A stretch of DNA of 64,000 nucleotides from Octopus vulgaris (Eukaryota), in the NCBI GenBank assembly GCA_951406725.2, contig OX597815.1:178560001-178624000 (forward strand), written 5' to 3'. Positions within the stretch are counted from its first letter, which is position 1, and each line of letters begins with the position of its first letter. The notes below the pieces were generated by a model. The model was not told the DNA's origin. It saw only the letters and a program-made list of their open reading frames with translations, and searched no databases. The translations under genes and the position numbers were made by a program. Below are positions 14,346-27,147 of the stretch, in pieces.

Positions 14346-16238
14346 TTACCTGATTATTCCTTTTTTTTTTTTTTTTTTGCTTCTGTATACATTTTGGAGG
14401 AGTTACCTCAATCCTATAAAATATTACCAAAAATGAAATAGATTGACAAGTTTATTTTTTGAACCTGTGAAAAGCACGATAGGTACTGAAATATCGTCAC
14501 GTGATGACAATAGCACTCTTCTTTTTTTTGTATGCTTCTTATACCTTCTGGAGGAGTTACCTCAATCCTATAAAATATTATTATTAATATCATCAAATGA
14601 CTATATGATAAAATTGTATCTGTACATTTGTTGCTTTAAGTTAGCTGATATTAATCAGCTTACGCGCACGTATATATACATACATTGTGTGAGTCTACTG
14701 AATCTAATAATAACTCTAATTTTTTTTATTGCCCACAAGGGGCCAATGCAAAACATGTGGGGACAGAAAACGAAGAAAAAGAAAACAAAACACGAATGGC
14801 AAAAAGATGAGATGGAAATAAATAATGAAATGAAGCTTTTCGGCCCCACCTCCGAGCGACTTAATTTATACCTTAATTCGATCACAGACTGTCTATCTGT
14901 AAAATGTCAACCTTGTCATCTCTTATGATATTCATATAGTCTATGTGTTTTGGTAGTACACTTATGTCTATTTTTTTTTCTCCTAGTATCTAAAGCCTCT
15001 TCTTCGATATTAAGGTAAATGAATACAGGTGTTGCCATCTGGCCGGATTTGTAAAGTGTTGCAATGCTCTGATACGAGAAGGAGGAAGGTAGAATTGGCA
15101 GGTGTAAGGTGTCTGCCCTAGAACGATTATTGTGAGCTGACGGATCTGGAGAACCTGCGGAAGGTGCATAGGTATATAGAAAACTGTGAGTGGTGGTCCA
15201 GAAAGACAGACACCAGCCTACAATGCCGAAAGGAATGAGGTACGTGGACATTTTCATATAAAAATATAATATAGACATTTTCGAAAAAGATGTGAATTAA
15301 CTATTGTGTAAATAATTGTGTTCAAATGGTGTATCAAATTGGCTGCTGCTAAGGGTAATGTAAATGGTATTGCGACTGGTTCGATGTGGCCGTTCGGAGG
15401 TGGGGCCGAGCGACTTCATTTCTTCTTTCATTGTACAGTTTCATTCATTTTATTTTTTTGTCCCCACCATGTGCTGTCCCCTCTGTGTAAGGCCTTTATA
15501 GTCATAAAATAAAATAAAATAAAGGTAGAATTGAATCAGACAATCCGTGTTTTTCTGGAACAATATTATATATTTATATTTGGTTTTGGGTGTGACCGAT
15601 GAAACAATCAAAGTAGCGAAAGAATTACTTGTTGGTCTTATAAAATTGGTCATTTATTTGATAGAAATACTTTGAAACAGAATCGGTTGTGCCAATGATT
15701 AAATGTCTGGCAGCATTTAGTTAGCAGTTACGACATTCTGAGTTCAATAGGGATTCGATTTCTACTAAATTCACTACTGGTGGCAATTCATTGAATTCCA
15801 CCCTTACTCCTGGTGGGTCAATATTATCTCCACACATTTCTTGTAGTCTCTTATAACTTTCCCCTTCAATTACTATCGCCTTCATATCCTCTGCATAGAT
15901 GTATGCTGGTACCTTTACTCTTACTATTTGGTTGAACTTGAGTATTTTCTTCTCTGTTTCAATATTTTTCGGGTAGATTACGTAATACCATATACCGTTT
16001 CCTTTAATTTTCTTTCATCTTTGCACGCTTGCCACTGTCTTGGCTTCAACGTCGAGAAATCAGCTGTTTGATAATTTGAACTGTTTGCTCATTAAGTTAG
16101 CATCAAAGTGGCTGAGTACTTCACAAACACTGATAGAGTGAATGAACGAGTTTGGATTTTGGGTGGATGGATTTGGTTTTTTTGATGTTAATGATTTGTT
16201 TTTCGGTCAACTAAATAACCTGCATGCTACATTTCATA

Positions 16239-16564
16239 GGTACTACTAGCGAACAGTGGTCCCGGTGCGCGCACTCGCGCATCCGCGCTAGCTAGTCGTA
16301 AGTAGTCGATCCTACAGCGACTTTTTAACCCTAACTTTAGTTTGTTTATAAAAGTAATTTATTTACTTAGTTTAAAAAATTATTTACTTTGCGTTTTATT
16401 TACTTTGTTCGAAACATATACTCCCTATTGTGAAAAGATTTAATTTTCTTTGATATGTATTCAGCCTTGAAATACAAACATACGCGCAAGTCGTTGTAGG
16501 ATCGACTACTCACGACTAGCTAGCGCGAGTGCGCGCACCGAGACCACTGTTCGCTAGTAGTACC
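16239..16564. mobile_element. MITE with ~80-bp GC-rich terminal inverted repeats
   Basis: GGTACTACTAGCGAACAGTGGTCCCGGTGCGCGCACTCGCG... mirrored by ...CGCGAGTGCGCGCACCGAGACCACTGTTCGCTAGTAGTACC; AT-rich interior. Confidence 0.85.
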
Positions 16565-17122
16565 CAGATCGTATATCTTTAATGTCATCATTGTCTGGTA
16601 GAAATAACAAGGCAGAGTATGTGACAAAGACGACCGTTCGATTACAGAAATAATCGATACAGTTCCCATTTATCCCCGGTTTCACTCGTAAGGTATAGAT
16701 TGACTCAATATTAAGCCAAGGTTGTAGAAAATAATATTTGCTAGAGATGCCACGCATTGAGATCGAACCGTGGATGGAAGACGATTTAGTTTAGCGATTT
16801 GAGTTAAGATAAAAAAAGAATGCTGCAATCAAGACAGAATTGAAAGCGGATTGTGACCAGCAGTGTATAACAGCATCTAATGGTCTGATGATTACTGTGA
16901 TACGGTGATATATATATATATATTGTTGTATCTGGGGAGAGTCATTCTCTTTTAGAGTCTTATTACTTAACACACTCACCGGTTCGATTTTTACAAAAAC
17001 TTTAGAAAAAAAAAATAAATGAGAAGAAATCGAACCGGTGAGTATGACTCTCTCCAGACACAAAAAATATGCTTCAACACACGAATTCACATAAAGAATC
17101 TTGCAAACCAAATACAAGGATG

Positions 17123-17157
<35 letters not shown>

Positions 17158-17673
17158 TGCATGTGTGGTAAGAAGTTTGCTTTCCAACCACATGGTTCCG
17201 GTTTCAGTCTCACTGCGTGGCACTTTGGCTCGGGCTGACCAAAGCCTTATGAGTGGATTTGGTAGACGGAAACTGAAAGAAGCCCGTCGCATATGTGCGT
17301 GAGTATGTGTGTGTGTATGCCTCTGTGTGTGTGTTCTCTCTCTCACAGTATATAACGTATGTGACCTTTAAATGGTATCCCAGCAAGAGCTATAAAAACA
17401 ATCAATTCCCTCATTCTCAAGAATCGATTAGGTTGGTACGTATCCATCCGATCGGCTGAACCATTTTTCTCTTCTTGTAAACATCACTCAACTAAATTTC
17501 ACTCACAAACTTTCGATCGATTCTTGACCGCAATCGAAGGCATTTGGCCAAGGTGCTGCACGGTAGAATCAAACTGGAATGTATGTTGTCGAGAAGCGAA
17601 CTTGTAAGCCACAGACACGTGGTTGCCTCGCTTTCTGCCTCTTTATCAATGTTCTGTTTCTGTACTAACAAAG

Positions 17674-17804
17674 ATTATATACCTATAAATGGGAACCAAA
17701 AAGATTTCGGGGTCCCTATAATGCCAATGTACGGGTGGGGCACGAAATCCGTGTTTGGTGTACTTGAAACATTGGGCGCAATTCCAGTACCATTATCTCC
17801 TTTC
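17674..17804 (+). pseudogene. GPCR exon remnant, N-terminus/TM1
   Basis: gtgtttggtgtacttgaaacattgggcgcaatt reads VFGVL(G)NIGAI (TM1 GN motif) if one G is shifted. Candidate acceptor actaacaaag|; a SINE begins immediately downstream at 17806. Confidence 0.45.
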
Positions 17805-17805
17805 T

Positions 17806-18675
17806 AACGGCGACGAGCTGGCAGAATCGTTAGCAAGCCGGACGAAATGCTGCTTTGTAGTATTTCGTCCGCCCCTGAGTTCTGAGTTCAAATTCCGCCG
17901 AGGTCGACTTTGCCTTTCATCCTTTCGGGGTCGATAAATTAAGTACCAGTTAAGCACTGGGGTCGATATAATCGACTTAATACCTATGTCTGTCCATGTT
18001 TGTCCCCTCTATGTTTAGCTCCTTGTGGGTAATAAAGAAATAAGAATCGTTAGCACGCCGGGCGAAATATTTGGCAGTATTTCGACTGCCACTACGTTCC
18101 GAGTTCAAATTCCGCCTTTCCAAAGGATGACTTTGCCTTTCATCCTTTCGGCGTCGATAAATTAGTACCAGTTGAGTACGGGGGCCGATGTAATCGATTT
18201 AACTCCTCCCCTAGAATTCCAGGCTTTTAGTTGCATTAATTTAAGCTAAAGTAAGATGAAATACAATGAATACCAGTCATACGCTGGGGTTAATTTAGTG
18301 AAATATTCTCAATTCCAATGTTTCTTGAGTCAATATTAGATATTCTTACTTACAAAAGAATTGAATTGCTTGTTTAATCGTTGGTTTCAAATATTTGCAC
18401 AAGGCCAGCAATTTCGAAGCAGGGATTAAGTCGATTACATCGACCCCAGTGTTCAACTGGTACTTATTATTATTGAACCCCTGAAGTATGAAATGTAAAG
18501 TCGACCTCGGCGGAATGTGAACCAGTGTTCAACTGGTACTTATTATAACGATCCCTGAAGTATGAAAGGTAAAGTCGACCTCAGCGGAATTTGAACTCAG
18601 AACGTGAAGACGGAAGAAATGCCGCTCAGCATGTTGCTCGGCGCGCTAACGATTCTGCCACCCCACCATCTTAAC
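17806..18675. mobile_element. SINE family A cluster (two + copies, then - copies)
   Basis: Copies at 17806-18045 (+), 18043-18228 (+) and 18382-18675 (-, internally duplicated). Confidence 0.85.
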
Positions 18676-19395
18676 TGACATGTCATCGTTTCTGATACAT
18701 CTTCTTATAATATAAGAGAAGCAGTAAAACATAACAAGGTATGTCTGCTTGTGTGTATACGTGAGTAGTTTCGTGACGGTATAAGCATTGTTTTACACGC
18801 GACTGCTCCGTTTATTTTCCTATCAATCGTTTAAATGAAGAACAAGGTCTTCGTTCTCGCTCGAATAGGTCACGTAACATAACATTCTTTATATTCTAAC
18901 GTCAGAATATCACTCATCACAAATATCACCTCACTTCACCTCACTAAACGCCATGCTTCAATTTATTAACTACAGCTTGTCTTCAATTGAAATAATGATA
19001 TTTTGTTAGTTCGAAAACTATTTATGTAACTGGTGGGAGATTTCGTCGATTGAGTATAATATCCCTCCAGACCATCACTGCTATTTCTATTGAGAAATTG
19101 AAAAAAAAAATACAATACGATTGCGTTAAATAACAAGCTTCTTCAAAACATATTGCCATTAAAAGAAAGTAGAGAGATGTCTGAAAATTATTGGAGGATT
19201 ATAATTTAAAAGATAATAACATTGTGATATTTTGTTGAGGTTGAGGTGCATGGAATGCCATTGTCTCTTCTCGCAGTCACCATTTTAATCGCAGACGATG
19301 TGGTGAAAGCGAAAACTGGTCAAAAACAAAAGAAAGGAAGAAAGAATATAATCGAAGAAGCAGAGTGGAAGGAGACAATTTATTGAGCGAAATAA

Positions 19396-19428
<33 letters not shown>

Positions 19429-20888
19429 TTTGTAACGAATGATGGGAAAATAAAAGAAATACAGAAATAAAGGTAAACGTGAGAAAGAGGGAGAAAGAAA
19501 TAGTGAAATGAATGTGAAAGTGAGAAAGAGAAAGAAATAGAGAAGTGAAAGTGAGAAAGGAAGAGAAAAAAAACAGATAAAAATTGATTGAAACTTTTGT
19601 TCAAATAATCGAAGGATATTTTTAAAATATATATTTTTTAATAATTCAATATATATATATTTTTTTTTTCTTGATGAAATATGAAAGAAAATATGTTCAA
19701 GTTATGACATGTATCTTAGTTAAGTATGGAAATAGTTGAGAGAAATGTAACGCAAACATAACTGTCACACTTCTTTGTTGCCTTCCCTTCCTTTTTTTTT
19801 TCCTTATATGGACTTCATAATTTAAATGTTAAACTCAAGGCAAATCGAGTCAGCGATGTAGTTTTAATCTACAATTGGAAATAAGTGCACCTTCTTTAAA
19901 TTGATTAATTTAAATTCTCTTTGAAAATTCATAAACGTCGCTTCCACCAGATATAAGAAGTTTTTAAGTAAAAACTCATTAATAGTTATAATGATTGCAC
20001 TTTTGGGTATGGCACAGATCAACCTCGATCAAGTAGGCCTATGATCAAATAACGCTCAAGCCGAGAAAATACCATCTTTTTTTAGGACTAAATTATTTCA
20101 TTAGCCAACATTCCTTTTTATCAGACGATAAAATAGAATTTTGCAAACGTTGATCACGCATACAATTCCATATTTAAGAGATGAGGAATAATGTACATTA
20201 TTTACATTTGATGGAAATTTGTCCTCATCTTGTTTGTTGTTCACACAGCCTTCATCAGGTGTCTTGGGGAGATTTCGAACCTGAGTTCTCATTCTTATAA
20301 AGTTACACGTTATATTTCTTATGCTGCGAGAACGTTCAAATAAGTGCCCATCATAGTATTACGCTGGATACGACTTAAAGGTAGTGCTCCAACATGGCCA
20401 CAGTTGTGTGTATGTACGTGTGTGTGTGTGTGTATGTTTGTGACCCTAACATCGCTTGACAACCGAGGCTGATTTGTTTACATCCCCGTAACCTAGCGGT
20501 TCGGCAAAAGAGACCGATAGAATAAGTACTAGGCTTACAAAAAATAAGTCCTAGGGCCGATTTGCTCGACTAAAAAGCGGTGCTCCAGCATGGCCGCAGT
20601 CAAAAATGACTGAAACAAATAAAAGAATGTGATGGATTTCCGTCTACCAAACTTATAAAATATCACTGAAGCCAAAGATCCACAGTACCCTCGCTAGGAT
20701 CGAACTCATAATCGATTCGTTGTAAAGTAACCCTCTTAATAACGCAGCCATGCTTTGCGCCCAATGACGATTGTATTTTAGTGGTTTCTTGTTAAAGTGA
20801 GTTTTTGTTTATGACAAACCAAAAAAAAAAAAACGAACTTCTTTTTATTTGTATTTTCTTATTAATTCTCCTTGCAACTGTTTTTCAG

Positions 20889-21045
20889 CGATGTTTGTTG
20901 TGGAGGTTTTTGTGTTGCCAGACTTATGTGCTACTTACGATTGGCATCCAGTTAGTTTCATTCAACAAAACAAACATTGTCGAAGTTTTACTGCATTTAT
21001 CAACTACTTTGGCTTTGAGCGTTGCAGCAAATACTCATTCTTGAC
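20889..21045 (+). pseudogene. GPCR exon remnant, TM2-ECL1-TM3
   Basis: tttttcag acceptor; CVA(D)LCA, then NKHCRSFTAFINYFG (conserved TM3 Cys). Frameshifts present; no clear donor. Confidence 0.55.
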
Positions 21046-21236
21046 TTTTTGATTTTGATTCTGTTAACATCATCATCATCATCATATCAGCAGTAGTAAT
21101 TTCTTGTTCTTTATTTATTGTATTGCAAGGGTATTGTATTTAATTTTAACTTGCTCTCTAGGAGTTTTTCAGTCACTTCAAATCTCTCGCTTGCTTCCTT
21201 TCTCTCTCTCTCTCTCTATCTATTCTTACTGCTGTG

Positions 21237-21268
<32 letters not shown>

Positions 21269-21522
21269 TCACACACAAAAATGTGTGTGTGTGTGTGTGT
21301 AATTATGTATATACACAACAGAGAGAGAGAAATGAAAGATGTACGCAAGCATGTAGATGTGTCTGTTTCTATTCATTTTTTCTTCTTTCTTTCGTACTCT
21401 ATGCTTATACATTTTTCCTATTTCTTTTCGTATTTCTGATGACATTGCTAATTCAATAGAAATATTCTCTGTCTGAGAACCAGTTATTTATATATAAATA
21501 TTTGCTCTCTAAATCTTTCCAG

Positions 21523-21619
21523 ATTCGCATGAAGCTCACTCGTGAAATTTTGTGTATTATCCCTTTTTTATAAACATTTCGACAGATATAACTCTCTGCA
21601 TAGTTTCTTTCTAGTTTAC
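21523..21619 (+). pseudogene. GPCR exon remnant, ICL2-TM4
   Basis: ctttccag acceptor and tac|gtaaat donor; YPFF-YKHFDRYNSLHSFFLVY with a 1-nt shift in the T run. Confidence 0.5.
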
Positions 21620-21648
21620 GTAAATACACACACACATATGTATTTATT

Positions 21649-21694
<46 letters not shown>

Positions 21695-21874
21695 AATGTA
21701 TATGTGTATATATATATATATTTATACAAGCATATGTATGTATATATGTGTACGTATATATGTATATAAATGTGCGTATATATATATATATATATATATA
21801 TACCGGATTAAACACATAAATGTGAAACAAGGTGGAAAAAAAGAGTACTCAAATACCAGTGGTAGAGTAATATG

Positions 21875-22045
21875 CTTTATTTAAAGCAGCAGAAAATTCA
21901 ACAAAATCTGTTACTCTGAGTTTCTCGTTGCCGTTCATCAGACAGTTTTTCCTAGAATGTCCATTCTAGCAAAAACTGTCTGATGAACGGCAACGAGAAA
22001 CTCAGAGTAACAGATTTTGTTGAATTTTCTGCAGCTTTAAATAAA

Positions 22046-22046
<1 letters not shown>
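21875..22046. repeat. Near-perfect palindrome (85-bp arms, 2-nt loop)
   Basis: Arms are reverse complements with 2 mismatches; centre ctagaatg-tc-cattctag. Confidence 0.95.
21976..22013 (+). ncRNA. Minimal type-I hammerhead ribozyme motif (mirror copy on minus strand at 21908-21945)
   Basis: CUGU CUGAUGA aCGgcaaCGa GAA ACUCaGAGU A ACAG. Helix I CUGU/ACAG, intact core, short helix II with GNRA loop, near-palindromic helix III, GUA triplet. Confidence 0.65.
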
Positions 22047-22090
<44 letters not shown>

Positions 22091-22328
22091 AACAGGCAGA
22101 CAATTTCCGGTGTGGCCTGACCGGAAAATCAGAAGATTAACATTAATATTACAATTAATTTAATTAAATAAAATTAAAGTTTCTGGATGAAAAAACAGGC
22201 AAAGTATCAGAAGAAGTAACCCATATCATTTTTCCTGACAAGTTTCTTTGGATTTTTGTTTTAAATAAATTAAACCTTAACTTTATCCTAAAATGTTAAT
22301 CTAAATCATAATCCTACTCCTTATACAG

Positions 22329-22438
22329 ATCGTGCTGTATAGGCAGCTGGAGTCGATGTCTCCTGGGGCTAAATTACAGCAACATACGTCCTAAACTAGG
22401 ACTGCCATGTTATGTTGGCAAACAATCTTTACTCCAAA
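22329..22438 (+). pseudogene. GPCR exon remnant, TM4-ECL2
   Basis: ttatacag acceptor; SCCIGSWSRCLLGLNYSNIRPKLGLPCYVGKQ, with a candidate ECL2 Cys. Confidence 0.4.
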
Positions 22439-22822
22439 GTACTGATGCTGAATATCTCTCGTTGTGAGATTTAAAAATAGCAATTTTCTACTCGATTTTG
22501 TTTTTTAAATTGTAACTTGTGCTTTAAGCATAATTCTAAATCAGTGTTTATATATCATATACGAAAATAAAATGTAATTCAGCAACGATTGCCAAAGATC
22601 ATCATCATCATCATCACACACACATATATAATTATTATTATTGTTGTTGTTGTTATTAAAGCTGCAAAAGCATCGCAAAAATCCGCTACTCAGATTCACG
22701 TTCCTGTTCGTCGAGAATCTCATTCTCAATCTAAACTGTCCGATTTGATAATAATGAAGCGTATTACTTTACCTGCGGTACTCGAATACTATATTTTCCC
22801 CACCTTGAGCTTACTTTGGTGT

Positions 22823-22862
<40 letters not shown>

Positions 22863-23599
22863 CAAACGCAATGGCCCAGTGGTTAGGGCAGCGGACTTGT
22901 CGTAGGATCGCGATTTCGATTCCCAGACCGGGCGTTGTGAGTGTTTATTGAGCAAAAACACTGAAAGCTCCACGAGGCTCCGGCAGGGGGTGGTCGCGAT
23001 CCCTGCTGTATGAGAAACGGCGGTGCATCAGCATGGCCGCAGCTCTGAGCTGAAACTAGAAAAAAAATTTAAAAAAAAGCAAATGCACCCGTCAGTTTAA
23101 GTTGCTTTGGTGGTATTGTTTTCACCAAATAATGGAACTGCCTAGAAGGTTTATGAGTAGCACGGCAATCTACGTTCCGATTAACCTCGGAACAGAAAAC
23201 CAAATTGGAGGCTGGTTATTGTTGAGATCATTGCACTTTAATAATCATAGAACATATAAGTTTGCAAGCGATGCAAAGTAGGGCTACTGAAGTGTTTTGG
23301 GAGTAAATTATGGTTAATTACTACAAAATAGAGTTGTTTTACATGAAAGCGAAATGTTTTGTCAGAAACAGTCACATAAATGGTGTATGGAAATTGAAGG
23401 AAGACGTTGAAACTTCTCCTCTGCGAGGTGATTTTATTCAACAGCAAAGGGAGCTACATTTTTTGGAGAGAAGTATGATTGGTACGTTCAAAAATGGCAA
23501 TATAAAACCTACTTGAAAAAGTAGAGTTAAAGGAATGCATTTGCTACGTACTTACAGTGTACGGCCACTCTGAAACTGACTTCCGATAACGAAAGATGA

Positions 23600-24350
23600 A
23601 GACATGAAGAGTTTGACTTCACGAATACTGCTTTTAATCTTTAGCAGTTCGCAGTGAAAAGATGTCGCGTTCGAAATATAATAAACGATGGGTAAATAAG
23701 CATCCTTAAAATGAAACAACGCATTGGTAGGTAAACAAAGGTATCAACAAATAGAAGAAAGGGAAGAGAACTTCACCTTTCAAGTAACTCAGAATAGGAA
23801 AAGTTAAGCTTGCCATAGTTTAATGCAGTTTAAATATGGAGATTAAGATTGTTTGGTGCTGGATATCATCGCGTACAGTGTTCCTAGTCAATTTAATTAC
23901 CGCCACAACTTTCTCTCACTCTCTCCTCCTGCATCAAGCAGCTCACCTGAGACGGACCGGCGTCCTGTCCAGATGAGGAACCTGTATGCCAATGAAACCA
24001 GGAAACCGGTCCTAGTGAGCCAATCATAGCTCAACAAAGAACAAACAACAACAATTAATAATACACATTTACAACATATTAATAAACAATTACAGGTGAA
24101 CAGTCGAAATAAATAAATGGGCAAAATCCTTTCACTTTTATATTCTCTAACCAAGTAATAATACACAGTGACCGCGTGTGTACCGTTGGCGATTTTTTTT
24201 CCTCCGTTTTCCCTTCTCTGGATCTTTCCCTTTCTTATGTTTCTGATGAAGAGCTCCGCTCTTCCCTTCCTTCTTGAGCGTCCAATAATACTATATTTGT
24301 TCCACGTCCTCGCGTTGTTGTTTTCTCTTTGTGTTTTCATGTTTGGATTA

Positions 24351-24390
<40 letters not shown>

Positions 24391-25800
24391 CAGAGAAAGA
24401 AGTTTTGGAAATTTCGTGGGTAGTGATGTCGTTGGTAAATTCTGGGATTTTCATGAAAGTGTATGCAGTGTGTAATGGAACCATGAAAGAATATCCTATT
24501 TCTCACCGTTCGTCTCAAATGAATATAATCTGCTGCTGGCTTCTACCGTTCACCGCAAAATGCTATATGGCGTCCATGAGGCTGAATAATTTGATTCTAC
24601 TCATGTTTAATCACAATTTGAATAAATGGCAGAAACAGTTCATTATTTTGATATTGATTTCAAGGAAAAAACAATCTTTATGTATTTCTTTTTCTTTTTG
24701 TGTGGGTGGGATTTACCCAATAAAATGAAAGTATACTGAAAACATGATAAAAGTAATTTGTTAAAGACGAAATGCCATTATAAAACTGTCGATCTCAATG
24801 CTATGACAAGGCTGATTATAAAAGTTGTGCCCAGCAGAAGACTAATGAAAATGCTGCAAAACTATTTGTGTAAGCTGTGATAATTATTCTCCCAATTTGG
24901 TTGGGTGAACTTTTTGATGAAATAACTGTCAGCAGCAGATACAATTTCTGAAGTCCACAAAGTTAATCATTTTCGTTCGTTCACAGTGAAACTGCACATT
25001 TTGAAACTTTCAGCTTTCTAAGACCCAACGAGAAACGCTACAGTGTGCAGTGAAGCTTGAGAAACAGATTAAAAGCAATGGAATAGTGTTAGGAATTGAT
25101 GGTTTCCAAGGTCCTTCAAAACTGCTCCGGCAGTTTGGAATGACTACGTATTGTCTTGTTATCATTTTGAAAATGCTGACCAGACACCTTTATGGTACTT
25201 TATAACGGATTTCAAAGTTTCTCTTTGATCCGGCATTTATGTACGATGTATTATTCTAATTATTTCTTCTTTCTGAGTCTTAACGGAAAGAGATATTTTG
25301 ATAGTTCATGCAAACAAGTCATAGCAGCTTACAGTCTTTAGAAATAACGAAGAAACACAAGGTTAAAACGTCTCAGAAGCAGAGAATGTCCGTAAGGAAA
25401 TACTGTTTGCATCATTAAGGAGAGATAACCAAATTGTTTCAATAAGTCGTAGTTTGATAAACTTGAATCACAAACACTATACAGCAGTGATTATTCACTC
25501 CAACTTCTTTACATTAATCGACAAAATTAAAACCAGTTACGTCTAATACAGTTCTATAATTGGTTTCGGTCTGATTATAATAATCTACAGAATTTTCGTG
25601 AATCGACTTGTGAAATATTGGAAAAGGGTATTTGTAAAATTCTATTCAACGAAGGCGAGCGCTGAGCAACAAACAGCGAAGAATTATTGTTCTAAAGGGA
25701 TTCTATGCAAAAATAAGGAGTAGGCTGTGAACAACGTGAGGGATCTCATGGCTATAAAAACATCACAGTTTTCTAATACCATTTTCTGAATCAGGTCTAA
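23600..25800 (+). mobile_element. Highly degraded hAT (Buster/Charlie-like) transposase, interrupted by a repeat at ~23900-24390
   Basis: Ordered remnants resembling LLAS, YSxQxxE, LIIFVR, (T)DG and T(H)C motifs; no intact frame. Confidence 0.35.
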
Positions 25801-25944
25801 TTGCACAAAAATGGCAGTTTTTATCGTTCACACAAGAGTAATAAAATCGAAGGGGTTCATCTATAAGTTATGCTAAAAACATAAAAGTGAAATATTTCAA
25901 TTTACACATAAATAAAAGAATTTTTTTAAAATTTTCTTTGATAA

Positions 25945-26124
25945 ACCGTGTCAAATCATGCTAAGCGCATCGCCATTATGGAGCAGGTTTTCTTATCAAC
26001 GCTTGGTTGCGGTAAACAATATCGTCTGCTTATATAGGACAATTTATCTGTCTCAAACATCTTCCAAAACTATGGCAACACTATACGAACATAGATGGAT
26101 TAGAATAAAGCAAGGATCAAGAAG
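25945..26124 (+). pseudogene. GPCR exon remnant, TM5-ICL3
   Basis: YGAGFLI / LVAVNNIVCLYRTIYLSQTSSKTMATLYEHRWIRIKQGSR; donor AAG|gtattg (phase 2) is compatible with the next exon. Confidence 0.55.
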
Positions 26125-27012
26125 GTATTGACATTGTCTCCGTGTTGTTGCTTGTCCCCCTTCAAATCACCGTGTATAGTAAATTTCATTGGAATTTTTT
26201 TTTTCCGGAAGCTGAGAGCATCCCTGGAACCACAACTGCGTTTACCACTACACACACACACACATCTGAGTAACACTAAAATGCGTTCCCTCGTTGCTTT
26301 CTTTTATGCTGCACCGCTACAAGGATGAACACACAAACGATCATATACATGCTCGTACGTTAAAAAATAAGTACCAGTGTATTTCTATGTAAAGATGTGT
26401 AATATTATATATACATACATATATGAGTGTATATATGTATATATATATATATGTATACATACATACATACATACATATATAAGTATATATATGTATATAT
26501 ATACATATGCATATATATATGCATATATATGTATATGTATACATGCATATATATATGTAAATATATGTGCATATATATGTATATGTATACATGCATATAT
26601 GTAAGTATATATGCATATATATACATATGTATATAAATATATATATATGCACATATACATGCATATGTGTGTGTGTGTGTGCGTATGTGTGTATAAATAC
26701 ACACATACAGATACATATATATATATATATATATTCATTCATATACAAATACATATGTATGCATATATATATGTGTGTGTGTGTGCTTACGTACATACAT
26801 ACAGAGACACATACGTATATATAAATACTGATATATATATGTGTGTCTGTGTGTGTATAGAGAGTAGGCGATGATATCCATGTGTACGTGTACGTCTATC
26901 TGAATCGACGCGTATACGCATGGATACTTTAGATGCGTAGCAAAATGGCAAAATGGTTGAAATCATTTTTATGCTGAATTCAGGACTTTTGAGATATATC
27001 GTTTTACTTCAG

Positions 27013-27107
27013 TAAACAAGAAACCAGATTGCTTAGAGCCAATGGCATGTTTACTCTAACAGACCACTTCTTTCTCTGCAATCTACCGTTTCACTACACC
27101 AATCAAA
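27013..27107 (+). pseudogene. GPCR exon remnant, ICL3-TM6
   Basis: ttttacttcag acceptor, in frame with the previous exon: (S)KQETRLLRANGMFTLTDHFFLCNLPF, containing the TM6 FxxCxxP motif. Confidence 0.6.
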
Positions 27108-27116
27108 GTACTCACC

Positions 27117-27147
<31 letters not shown>

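Noticed and set aside
18700-19330. Possible Helitron fragment
   Set aside because: Only a vague 5' TC/AT-rich resemblance; no Rep/helicase motif or 3' hairpin-CTAG could be confirmed.
26072-26124. ATG in good context as the first exon of a separate gene
   Set aside because: The frame is open upstream through a TM5-like segment, so it is better explained as an internal GPCR exon.
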